This document shows positions 1 through 9,425 of a DNA stretch of 64,000 bases, in pieces. The stretch is from assembly GCA_963796685.1 (NCBI GenBank), contig CAWCMR010000012.1, positions 35,872 through 99,871 on the forward strand. The letters are read 5' to 3'. Positions within the stretch are counted from its first letter, which is position 1; each line of letters starts with the position of its first letter. Below the pieces are notes generated by a model. That model was not told the origin of the DNA. It searched no databases and saw only the letters and a program-made list of their open reading frames with translations. This DNA is from an uncultured delta proteobacterium. GTDB taxonomy: Bacteria; Myxococcota_A; Polyangia; Fen-1088. The translations under genes were made by a program, and so were the position numbers.

Positions 1-859
1 CACCGAGAAGTCCTTCCGTCACATCGTGGTCACCGGCTCCGCGCGGCTCGACTACTACCGCAAGGGCGGCGACTCGCTCGCCAACCGCTACCGCTATTTC
101 CGCCTGCATCCGTTCTCCCTGCGCGAGCTCCACCCCGAGCCGACGGCCGCACACCTCGACGACCTGCTGCGCTTCGGCGGCTTCCCCGAGCCACTCTTCG
201 GCCGCGACGCGGACGAGCATCGCATCTGGCAGCGCGACCGACTGGCGCGTGTCGTGCGCGAGGATCTGCGCGATCTGGAACGGGTGCGCGAGGTGAGCTT
301 GGTCGAGCACCTGGTCGACCTTCTACCTGAGCGCGTGGGCTCGCCGCTCTCGGTGGCCAACCTGCGGCAGGATCTGGAGGTCGATCACAAAACCGCGGAA
401 CGCTGGCTGACGATCCTCGAGCATATGTACGTCTGCTTCCGCCTTGCTCCGTTCGGGCCGCCCCGCGTCCGTGCAGTGAAGAAGGAGAAGAAGCTCTACC
501 TCTGGGACTGGTCGGCCGTGGCCGATGCCGGCGCGCGTTTCCAGAACCTGGTGGCGTGCCAGCTGCTCAAGTACTGCCACGGGCTGGAGGACACCAAGGG
601 CGTACGCATGGAGCTGCGCTTCCTGCGTGACACGGATCGGCGCGAGGTCGACTTCGTGGTCCTGCGCGACGGTCGACCGGAATTCGCGGTGGAGTGCAAG
701 AGCGGCGAACGCGCCATCGGCCCCTCGCTGGGCTACTTCGCCGAACGTGCCCCCATCCCGCGCTTCTTCCAGGTCCATCGCGGCGACCGCCACTACCAGC
801 GTGGCAGGATCACCGTGCTGCCCTTCACTCGCTTCTGCACCGATCTCGACATGCCCTGA
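1..859 (+). CDS. AAA-family ATP-binding protein with C-terminal DUF4143 (5' end outside window)
   Basis: Motifs VTGSA, GGFPEP, KKLYLWD, FLRDTDRREVDFVV and AVECKSG are typical of AAA_14+DUF4143 proteins. The frame is open to the window edge. Confidence 0.85.
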   Translation, partial: TEKSFRHIVVTGSARLDYYRKGGDSLANRYRYFRLHPFSLRELHPEPTAAHLDDLLRFGGFPEPLFGRDADEHRIWQRDRLARVVREDLRDLERVREVSLVEHLVDLLPERVGSPLSVANLRQDLEVDHKTAERWLTILEHMYVCFRLAPFGPPRVRAVKKEKKLYLWDWSAVADAGARFQNLVACQLLKYCHGLEDTKGVRMELRFLRDTDRREVDFVVLRDGRPEFAVECKSGERAIGPSLGYFAERAPIPRFFQVHRGDRHYQRGRITVLPFTRFCTDLDMP

Positions 860-919
860 GCAGCGCGGTCGCCAGCAATCGCTCCGCGGGAGGCCGTGGC
901 GGAGGGCGATGCGTGTCGA

Positions 920-1027
920 TTGCGCGATCAGCTTACCCAACAGGACATCGAGGCCATGGTCGAGCGCGCGAGTAAACGCATCCTTGGCTTCCTCCAACAG
1001 CGCGGGGTCATCAATCTCGCACCGTGA
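920..1027 (+). mobile_element. Possible IS91-family (Y2) transposase remnant
   Basis: Short frame LTQQDIEAMVERASKRILGFLQQRGVINLAP* resembles, from memory, an internal helix of myxobacterial IS91-type transposases. No other IS parts are visible. Confidence 0.35.
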
Positions 1028-1317
1028 CCGCCATCGCACGGCACCGAGGAGGACTTACTTGCCGTTCAATCCTACTGGAGACAGGTGCTCGTCGCGCCAG
1101 CGTCAATCACGTCCTGCGTGCATAGGTACTCCTCCACAGGCGGGGGCGCGAACGAAGAGGCCCACGCCTGGGAAGTGCCCCGGTATTCGGTCACGCCCAG
1201 ATTCTGGAGGGACTCGATGTAGTGCCCCATTTTCACCACCCAGTTGCCCGTCGGCATGTTGGCCAATCGCCTCGATGTCGCCGTTCGAGGCGCTCGGCTC
1301 CAGACTGGACGACACCC

Positions 1318-2115
1318 CTACGGCCGTCGCAACCCGGTGGCGCCATGGAGAAGCAGGTCGCGAACCGCGCCTCTGCGATCGCGGGCCACCGGAACGCGAA
1401 GCTCGCGCGGAGGCTCGTCGCCCACGACCACGACGGTATCTCCGTCCTCGTTCTCGATGGCGCGAACGTGCGCGGTGTGCACCAGCCATTGGCGATGGAC
1501 GCGCAGGAACTCGCCGCCCAGCGACGCTTCGATGGCCGCCAGCGACAGGTCGATGTCGAAGCGCCCGCGCGCGGTGTGGACAAACATGAGGCGTTCCGCC
1601 GCCTCGAAGGCCCACACCTCTTCCCGCGCAAACAAGACCAGGCCCTTCTTGCTGCGCGCAACGACGCGCTCCGAAACCGCTCGCGGGGCAGTCCGTGCAA
1701 GCCGCTGCTGGAGTCGCACCAGGCAGTCCCTTACCCGATCCTCGTGAATCGGCTTGAGTAGATAGTCCGTCACACCGAGCGCATAGGCCTCGACGGCGTG
1801 CTGGGAGAGCGCCGTGGCCAGTACGAAAAGCGGCGCCCCGGGCGTGCCCGCGAGCGTCCGCACCAGGTGCATACCGGCCTCGTCGGCGTTGTCGCCTTTG
1901 GCGTTGCCGAGGTGAATGTCCACGAAGGCGACGTCGACGGCGATACCGCCGGGAGCCAGGGCCTGCTGCGCCTCCGCGAGCGTGGCCACCGCCGCCACGA
2001 CCACGGCCTGCCCCGACGCGTGGAGCATCTCGATCAGGTAGTTGCGCGCGGCCCATTCGTCCTCGACCACGAACGCGCGCAACACGCGCGATGTCAGCTC
2101 CATCGGCGCGGCCAT
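1318..2115 (-). CDS. LytTR-family response regulator
   Basis: REC domain (VVEDE, FVDIHL, TDYLLKP) plus LytTR domain (FLRVHRQWLVH, VPVARDR). Confidence 0.93.
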   Translation of the reverse strand: MAAPMELTSRVLRAFVVEDEWAARNYLIEMLHASGQAVVVAAVATLAEAQQALAPGGIAVDVAFVDIHLGNAKGDNADEAGMHLVRTLAGTPGAPLFVLATALSQHAVEAYALGVTDYLLKPIHEDRVRDCLVRLQQRLARTAPRAVSERVVARSKKGLVLFAREEVWAFEAAERLMFVHTARGRFDIDLSLAAIEASLGGEFLRVHRQWLVHTAHVRAIENEDGDTVVVVGDEPPRELRVPVARDRRGAVRDLLLHGATGLRRP

Positions 2116-3143
2116 CAGCCTGCCTCCTGCGAACGGGGGATCTCGATGGTGGCACGCGTGCCTTCGGACGAGGAGACTAGGGCCAGGGTGGCGCCCGGGT
2201 GGGCGACGCGGATGCGTTCGCGAACCATGCGCAAGCCAAGTCCTTCCTTGGTCCCAGGGGGTATTCCGGGGCCATTGTCCTCGACCACGAGTTGCAGGGC
2301 CTTGTCGACGAAACGCGCGCGAACAACCACCACGCCTCCCTCATCCCGACATCGCGCGCCGTGCTTGACGGCGTTCTCGATCAAAGGCTGGAGCAGGAGC
2401 TTCGGCAGCGCAACGGCGGTAGTCTCCGGGGCGATATCCCATTCGAAACGGAGAGAGCCGCTGTGCCGCACCTCGAGGATCTCGGCGTAGCGCCGAAGCC
2501 ATTGGATGTCGGCCTCGAGCGGACGAATTTCGGGGGACGACTCGAGCGCGTCGCGCAGGAGATCGCCAAGCGCCGCGAGCAGCCGGCGGGCCACGATCGG
2601 CTCGTCCACGACGAGGGCGGCGACGGCGTGGAGGGTATTGAGCAGAAAGTGAGGCTCCAGGCTGGAACGCAGCTGCGCGAGCTCCGCTTCCCGGCGCATG
2701 CTTTCGGCGGCGAGGGTGCGGAGCTTTGCGTCGCGGATGACCGCGGGGAGACGGAAGACGAGCGCCCACAGTCCTCCGACGCCGAGACCGATGGAGATGG
2801 CGAGGAGCAACGCACGAAGGTGGTTCAGCTCGACGTCGTCGTGTAACCGCACCGCGAGCGCGCCAAAGAGCATGGAGACGAGAGCGCCGGCCACGAGCAT
2901 CACGGTGCGTCCCGCATTCCGATTGCGAAGCCACCCATACCCAAGCGTCAGAACGGCGGCTTGCAGGACCATGACGGCAGACGGAGTCACGGTGTGGCGC
3001 CACGACGTACCTTCGAGGGCGTCACGAAGGGAGTGGGCGGCGGCGGCGCAGGTCACGGCCCCGAACGCAAGAGCAAGATGCCAGGGACGCTCGGCACTCC
3101 TGCCCGACGGACAGTCGGCATCGCTAGCTCTGTTTCGCGGCAT
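2115..3143 (-). CDS. LytS/YehU-type sensor histidine kinase
   Basis: N-terminal TM helices, LEPHFLLNTL H-box, LQPLIENAVKHG, VEDNGPG and GLGL. Its stop overlaps the regulator start. Start placed at ATG 3143. Confidence 0.9.
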   Translation of the reverse strand: MPRNRASDADCPSGRSAERPWHLALAFGAVTCAAAAHSLRDALEGTSWRHTVTPSAVMVLQAAVLTLGYGWLRNRNAGRTVMLVAGALVSMLFGALAVRLHDDVELNHLRALLLAISIGLGVGGLWALVFRLPAVIRDAKLRTLAAESMRREAELAQLRSSLEPHFLLNTLHAVAALVVDEPIVARRLLAALGDLLRDALESSPEIRPLEADIQWLRRYAEILEVRHSGSLRFEWDIAPETTAVALPKLLLQPLIENAVKHGARCRDEGGVVVVRARFVDKALQLVVEDNGPGIPPGTKEGLGLRMVRERIRVAHPGATLALVSSSEGTRATIEIPRSQEAG

Positions 3144-3672
3144 CGTCGCAGTGTACCCATGATTCGAGTCCGCGCGCCATTCGGTGCCAGCGGTGCCCCA
3201 CATGGTGCACGGCCAACACCAGCGCCACCAGCGCCACGATATGGTGGACCTCGACCACGTGGTGCCGCGCGGGGTACAGCCATCCGAACGGGACCGGGCC
3301 CTCGATCGGCGCCGAGCCACTGACGAAGAACCAAGCGACGATTCCGGTCAGCGCGGCCGTCCAGAAGGTCCCATACAGAACCAGCTCCGGAACCGCGCGG
3401 GCTTGGCTCTTTCGAGCAAAGCCATTGCGAAGCCGTGACCTGAATGCTCGCCCGTTGAGGATGAGGTGAAGACCGAGAACGGCCACCAGCAGCAGTGCCG
3501 GCAGCCGGTGTAGGTTCAGCCAGGCGAGGCGAGTGAGGCCGAGCGCGGACGTGCGAAAGGCGCCCCCGCCCATGTGGAAGCGGAGGAACAGAACCAGCCC
3601 GCTCGCGAATGTCAGGAATGCCGTGGCAAGGAGGACGACATCGACGAGGAGTCTGAAATGATTGCGGTGCAT
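3124..3672 (-). CDS. DUF4405-type membrane protein with two His-pair repeats
   Basis: Two helix-hairpin units, WLNLHRL...LHLILN and EVHHIV...VHHVGHRW. Overlaps the kinase start by 20 nt. Confidence 0.7.
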   Translation of the reverse strand: MHRNHFRLLVDVVLLATAFLTFASGLVLFLRFHMGGGAFRTSALGLTRLAWLNLHRLPALLLVAVLGLHLILNGRAFRSRLRNGFARKSQARAVPELVLYGTFWTAALTGIVAWFFVSGSAPIEGPVPFGWLYPARHHVVEVHHIVALVALVLAVHHVGHRWHRMARGLESWVHCDDAAKQS

Positions 3673-3794
3673 TCCCAGATGGTAGGAGGCTTTGCCGGGA
3701 GCTGGGGCGCCTAGCCGACGAGCCGTGCATTCCTTCGGACGAACCGGGTGGAATAGGCCCGCAAGGAGGTGACCTGCAGAAGCCTCCGTCGCTC

Positions 3795-4030
3795 TCAGAA
3801 CTGTCCGCGCAACCATAGGCTGGCGCCGTCGGGACCGGCCGAGAGCACCGGGACCAGCGAACCGGCCAAGCTATCGTCGCGCTCGTCGCTCCGGGAATCG
3901 GCTGGAGCCGCGAGAAGAAGGGTGACCCCGACGCCCGCCAAGGCTGTTCCGGCGGCGGCGCCGATGATGCCACCCAAACGCAGGTTCTTGTACTTGTCGA
4001 CCCGATGCGATTCAAGACATTTGGCTTGGG
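3795..4030 (-). pseudogene. Orphan C-terminal fragment of a Polyangia-type PEGA/TPR surface protein
   Basis: Gly-rich TM segment followed by the tail PVLSAGPDGASLWLRGQF, which is typical of such proteins. No credible N-terminus. Confidence 0.5.
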
Positions 4031-4338
4031 GAGCGCTCGCCGGCCCGGCCGAACCGGCCCCGAGCCTCGGCACGGATGGGAAGCTGTACTGCGGAACCAG
4101 TCCTGGCGGCTCGACGCAAGATCCGTTCCTCCAGCACCGAGGTCGGGCGAGGCATCCAGCTTCTCCAGTCTTGATTCGCCACCCGACGCGAGCAGCACCT
4201 TTCCACTCGGCAACAGCGCGGACCGGATCCGCGCAACGACGAGCGCATCCTCAAAGCCCTGACCGAGACGGGCAAGCTGGTGCCCTGATGGGGCTTGTCC
4301 CTCGCCACGGCCTTTCGCTTGCGCGGCTGCGCCGCAAA

Positions 4339-5145
4339 TCAGTACCCCGTCGGGCAAGCCACCGTCGTGAGGGCTGTGACACAGTCTGTGACCCGGCTGC
4401 TGCCGCCAACCAGATTCAAGCAGCGGGTGAAGTCCGACTCGGTGCTCGGTGGCACCAGGCAATCGAGCATCCCGGTACACTTGGTGGCCAGCGAGTTGCC
4501 GTTGCCGTCGTTGCAAGCGCTGCACGGCGCGGCGGTTCCCGCGGCATAGCCGTCGCTGATGATTTGTGTGATGCAATTGCCGGCATCCGGCGAGCCGCCG
4601 TCGCGACCGGGCTCTGGCGCGGGCTCGGGGCCCGGCTCGGGACCTGGCTCGCGACCGGGCTCGGGTCCCGATTCGGCGCCTGCTTCTGTGCCCGGCTCCG
4701 CGCCAGCCTCGGGAGCAAGGTCCGCCGACGCGTTCGGCGCGTCACCTACGCCTTGATCGCGGCCGCCGACTTCGACGGCAGGTGCGATGTCATTGCCTCC
4801 GGAATCGCTCCGGGTGTCCGGTGCGCTGGTCGTATCGCTGCGCACGTCGGTCACGATGGGGCTGTCCGATGTCGTCGAGGGTGGATCGCCCGCCGCATCC
4901 GCCGCATCGGCCACGGAGAGGTCGGGCGTGGAAGGTCCGTCCCGTAAAACCGCGCCATCGCGACCGGGCTCGGGCGCCGGAGCTCGGCCGGGCTCGTCCG
5001 AGCAAGTCGACGTCTTCGCGCATGCCTCTACGTCGGCGGGCTTGGAAAGATTCACACAACCGAAGGAAGTCAGCGCCGACAGGAAGAGCACCATGTTCGT
5101 CGAGTGCACACATGCTGAAGGCAATCTCGAGTCATCGAAGGTCAT
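4339..5145 (-). CDS. Lipoprotein with D/G/P-rich linker, (GPEP)n repeats and a small Cys-rich C-terminal domain
   Basis: Lipobox SFGC, AEPG/GPEPG repeats and six Cys in the last ~75 aa. Confidence 0.75.
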   Translation of the reverse strand: MTFDDSRLPSACVHSTNMVLFLSALTSFGCVNLSKPADVEACAKTSTCSDEPGRAPAPEPGRDGAVLRDGPSTPDLSVADAADAAGDPPSTTSDSPIVTDVRSDTTSAPDTRSDSGGNDIAPAVEVGGRDQGVGDAPNASADLAPEAGAEPGTEAGAESGPEPGREPGPEPGPEPAPEPGRDGGSPDAGNCITQIISDGYAAGTAAPCSACNDGNGNSLATKCTGMLDCLVPPSTESDFTRCLNLVGGSSRVTDCVTALTTVACPTGY

Positions 5146-5285
5146 GCGTTACTCTCCATTCGATATAGAGTTATGATCAAGCGCAGGCAATTTGTGAAGA
5201 CCCAATCGCGGGCAAACCGCGCCACGCCCTTTCAGTACCGCCGCCGGGCCGATGGCCCGGACCCTTCGGTCATGAAACGTGACAG

Positions 5286-5351
5286 CCCCTCACCCGCCTC
5301 GCTGCGCTCGGCGACCTCTCCCCGCTTCGCTTCGCTACGCGGGGCGAGGTG
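5286..5351. repeat. Palindromic REP/MITE-like element
   Basis: CCCCTCACCCGCCTCGCTGCGCTCGGCGACCTCTCCCCGC...GCGGGGCGAGGT. Arms 5314-5325 and 5339-5350 pair with one mismatch. Intergenic. Confidence 0.6.
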
Positions 5352-5465
5352 TTTCAGGTCAGGGAGCTGGGCAACGGCAGAAGCAGACACCAAGTCGGCG
5401 AGATGGAAACAGGGCGCTGGTGCCACTGCATTTAGCCGGAATCGAATGAAGGAGAAGTCAGAACG

Positions 5466-7797
5466 ATGAAGTATCAGACGGCGCTCGCAGGCATCTTGTG
5501 GTTGTCAACCATCGCTGCATGTGCTCAGAACGGTGGAGGCAATGGCACGGCGGGCTCGGGCGGGACAAGCGGGGGCGCGCCGGGCGGGACGAGTGGGGGC
5601 GCGTCGGGCGGCGCGACGACGTTTGGTGGCGCGACCGGAAGTGGGGGTAAGGCCACCGGCGGCACCTCGGCGAGCGGTGGGAACGCTTCCGGCGGCACGA
5701 CCGCATCGGGCGGTGCCACCGGCGGTACCTCGGCGAGCGGTGGGAACGCTTCCGGCGGCACGACTGCATCGGGCGGCGCCACCGGCGGCAGCGGATCCGG
5801 CGGCAGCACGCGGACCGGCGGCACGGTTGGCAGCGGCGGCACGACCGCCGGTGGCACGACGGGGACGTCGACCTCGATTCCTCCCTCCGTCGACAAGCCC
5901 AGCGTCGACACCACCTGGGACCAGGGTTTGAAGACGAGCGCGAACGGCGCCATCCCGTGGATCGTCGTCGACCAGTTCGGCTACCGCACCCAGGCCCAGA
6001 AGGTGGCCGTCATCCGCTCGCCGCAGACCGGCTACGACAGCACCGCGACCTTCACGCCGGGAACCAAGTACTCGGTGGTGGACAAGTCCACCGGCAAGTC
6101 GGTCAAGGACGGCGAGCCGGTCGCCTGGAACGGTGGCGCCACCGACGCGTCGTCCGGCGACAAGGCGTGGCGGTTCGACTTCTCCGACGTCACCGCACCC
6201 GGTACATACACCGTCCGGGACAACGACAAGAACGTCCGCTCGGTGGAGTTCGACATCGACGACAACGTGTACCGCAGCGTGCTCAAGCACGCCGTGCGCA
6301 TGTTCTATTACCAGCGCGCCGGGATCGCGAAGACCGCGGCCTACGCCGGCGCCGACTGGACCGACAGCGCCTGCCTGATGGGCGCAGGACAGGATTCGCA
6401 AGCCCACGCGTGGCTGGCCAAGACCGACGAGACCCAGGTCCGCGATCTGCACGGCGGTTGGTTCGACGCCGGGGACACCAACCGCTACACCGCGTGGGCC
6501 GCCGGCACCGTCATCACGCTCCTGCACGCGTTCGCCGAGAACCCATCGGCCTTCGCCGACGACTACAACATCCCCGAGTCCGGCAACGGGATTCCCGATC
6601 TGCTCGACGAGATCAAGTACGCCATCGACTGGGTCGTGCGCATGCAGAACCCCGACGGTTCCATGCTGTGCATTCTCGGGTCGGACGCGGCCAGTCCGGT
6701 ATCCGCCGCCACCAAGCCGAGCTATTACGGCCCGGCGACCACCAACGCCAGCCTGATGAGCGCGGCCATGTTCGCCTATGCCAGCACGATCTACGGGGCA
6801 CGGTCCGAGGCGAGCCTCGAGACCTTCGCCGCCGACCTCAAGTCGCGCGCCACCAAGGCGTGGACCTGGGCGGACGCGAATCCCAGCGTCATCTACTACA
6901 ACAACGACGAGAGCAAGCAGGTCGGATTCGAGCGGGCTCGGCGCCGGCGATCAGGAAGTCGACGACGCCGGCCGCTTGTTCTCGAAGCTCCAGGCGGCCG
7001 TCTACCTGTACGAACTGACGGGCGATGCCACCTACAAGAGCTTTGCGGAGTCGAACTGGAACAAGGTCCTCGACTCCAGCGGCCCGAGCGAGTGGGACAT
7101 GGAGAAGGCGGACACCGTGATGCACCTGGCGCAGCTCCCGGGCGTCACGGCGAGCGTCGCCTCCGCCATCACCAGCCAGGTGACCACCAACGTCGGCAAC
7201 CAGCTAGCCGCCGTCACCGGCAGCAAAGATCCGTACCGCGCCTACCTGAAGGACTACACGTGGGGAAGCAACCAGATCAAGATGGCCCAGGGACGGCTCT
7301 ACCAGCACCTGGCCAAGGCCGGGGCGGGCGACAACGCGGCCAAGGCGACCGCGGCTGCCGAGGACTACGTCCACTACCTCCACGGGGTGAACCCGCTCGG
7401 CATGGTGTACCTGACCAACATGCAGAGGGCCGGGGCCGAGCATTTCGCCACGAGCATCTTCCATTCGTGGTTCGCGGACAAGTCGCCGAAGTGGGACACG
7501 ACCACGGCCACCACCCCGGGCCCTGCGCCAGGATTCGTGCCTGGGGGGCCCAACAACAACGGCTTCGCCCCTGATAGCTGCTGTACGGCCCCGCAAGGCG
7601 ATCCCGCGTACCAGTGCTACGGATCGAGCGACTTCGCCCTGTGCAGCCAGAACTGGGATCCGCCCATGAACCAGCCGCAACAGAAGTCGTACCTCGACTA
7701 CAACGGCGGCTGGCCGGTGGGCTCCTGGCCGATCACGGAGCCCAGCACCGGCTACCAGGCGAAGTACGTTCTCGTGTTGTCGGCGTACGCGCGCTAG
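5466..7797 (+). CDS. Lipoprotein GH9 endoglucanase (Gly/Thr linker, Ig-like domain, GH9); frameshift near 6921
   Basis: Lipobox IAAC, VDQFGY, DLHGGWFDAGD, YLHGVNP and SWPITEPSTGYQA. Removing one G at ~6920-6921 joins the two ORFs as KQSDSSGLGAGDQE. Confidence 0.88.
5652..5789 (+). repeat. 63-bp tandem repeat in the GH9 linker
   Basis: Units start at 5652 and 5715, with a partial unit at 5778 (ATGGTSASGGNASGGTTASGG). Confidence 0.9.
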
Positions 7798-9149
7798 AAC
7801 TGCGTGATGAACTTCCAGGCCTCGGTCGGAATCCAGTTGGTGCCGGATTCCGTGGAGACGTCCGTGTGCGGCCCGTTGAAGGTGCAGATCTTGGTGGGAT
7901 AGCCCGCCTTGCACCCTGTGAAATCCACGCACAGGTGGTTGCCTGAGGTCCAGGTCGGGATGGTGCTCGGCACAGTGCAGCCGTTGTCGGTGCCGTGCTC
8001 GATGGCGATGTACTTCGAGCCTTGGGTCGTGCTGCTCCCGTTGACCCATGGGCACGTGGTGTCGCTCATGCCGGTGGTTTGCATCCAGGCGATGGGCGCG
8101 TGGGTCTTGGTTGGTACGTAGATGTTGTAGTTGGCAGGGGCGATGCCCACGGCCGCGCGAAGATCCTTCTGGTGGTCCACCGAGAGGCTATAGGTTTCCA
8201 TCCCTCCGAAGCTGAATCCGATCGAGAAGACACGCGATTCATCGATGCACAGCTCCGATTTGAATAGCTTGAGCATATCGTCGAAGAAGGTATGGTCCTT
8301 GTCGTCGCTCCTCCATGGCATTGAATCCGTGTAACCTTGGGGCGCAACGAAGATGCTGGTGTTTTCTTTGTCCTGCGCCTTGAGCCAGTAATACCCGTCG
8401 TTGTTGGCGCATTGGGTGTCGCTCGAGCCCATGCAATGAAAGTTGAAGATCAATCGGTACGGCTTGTTCGCGTCGTAACTGCTCGGGATGTACATGATGT
8501 ATTCCCGACTCAGGCTGGCACTGGTCATCTTGTAGGTGGTGTTGGCGCCGCTCTTGAATGTCGAAAGAGCATTGCCACAACCGGCGCTGGGAACGGCGGG
8601 ATTTCCAAGAGGATACTCGCCCGCGGTACCGGTTGTGCCGCCCGCGGTACCGGTTGTGCCGCCCGTGGTACCGGTTGTGCCGCCGGGTACGTTGCCGCCG
8701 GTCGTGCCGCCCGAGCCGCTTCCGGTCGTGCCGCCCGCGGGTCTTCCAGTCGTGCCGCCCGAGCTGCTTCCGCCCGAGCCGCTTCCGGTCGTGCCGCCCG
8801 CGGGTCTTCCAGTCGTGCCGCCCGAGCTGCTTCCGCCCGAGCCGCTTCCGGTCGTGCCGCCCGAGCCGCTTCCGGTCGCGCCGCCAGTACCGCTTTCGGT
8901 GGTGCCGCCGGAGCCTTTTACAATCGAACCGCCGACTCCACCTTCGGTCGCACCACCGGTCCCGGATTTGGTTCCACCGGTACCGACAGATCCACCAGTA
9001 CCGGCACCCCCTGTGCCACTGGATTTACCCCCTGTGCTGCTGGCGCCGCCGGTCCCCGAAGCAACGGGTGAGGCAGTGCCGCTGCAGGCCGAGAAAAGGC
9101 CGAGGGTCGCCACTAGAAGGAGCCTGCTTGCAAAGTTCAGTGCTCGCAT
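7794..9149 (-). CDS. Lipoprotein serine esterase (alpha/beta hydrolase, feruloyl esterase/PHB depolymerase-like) on a Gly/Thr linker
   Basis: Lipobox FSAC, PSAGCG, IFVAPQG, LCIDESRVFSIGFSFGG (GxSxG), D(TTCP) and FNGPH. Confidence 0.82.
   Translation of the reverse strand: MRALNFASRLLLVATLGLFSACSGTASPVASGTGGASSTGGKSSGTGGAGTGGSVGTGGTKSGTGGATEGGVGGSIVKGSGGTTESGTGGATGSGSGGTTGSGSGGSSSGGTTGRPAGGTTGSGSGGSSSGGTTGRPAGGTTGSGSGGTTGGNVPGGTTGTTGGTTGTAGGTTGTAGEYPLGNPAVPSAGCGNALSTFKSGANTTYKMTSASLSREYIMYIPSSYDANKPYRLIFNFHCMGSSDTQCANNDGYYWLKAQDKENTSIFVAPQGYTDSMPWRSDDKDHTFFDDMLKLFKSELCIDESRVFSIGFSFGGMETYSLSVDHQKDLRAAVGIAPANYNIYVPTKTHAPIAWMQTTGMSDTTCPWVNGSSTTQGSKYIAIEHGTDNGCTVPSTIPTWTSGNHLCVDFTGCKAGYPTKICTFNGPHTDVSTESGTNWIPTEAWKFITQF
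8620..8877 (-). repeat. 21-bp (x3) and 63-bp (x2+) tandem repeats in the esterase linker
   Basis: 21-bp units at 8620-8682. 63-bp units start at 8707 and 8770, with a partial unit at 8833. Confidence 0.9.
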
Positions 9150-9425
9150 ATCAATCTTCCTCCATGGATTTGGGGATCGGCGATGCCTCTCAGCCCAGAG
9201 CCGACATCGGGTCCATTCGTGTTCAGTGCCACGAGGTTGCTAGATCGGCTCACAGAAAGCAAGCGATGCGCGGATGCCCTGATCCTGCGACAAGAAGAGC
9301 GACAGCGCGGAAGGTACGTCGTCGACGGCAGTGACAACGGCCACGATCACGCCCTTCTGTCGCTATCGCGGGACCATGGTCTGGTGCTACACTCCTCGGT
9401 AGTATCGTCAGCGAGGGACGGCGAC

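Noticed and set aside
1072-1266. 64-aa minus-strand ORF as a real gene
   Set aside because: No SD, motif or recognisable family. Kept only as possible debris.
9297-9364. Inverted repeat AGCGACAG/CTGTCGCT between divergent genes
   Set aside because: Only 8 bp with a long spacer in GC-rich DNA, which is compatible with chance.
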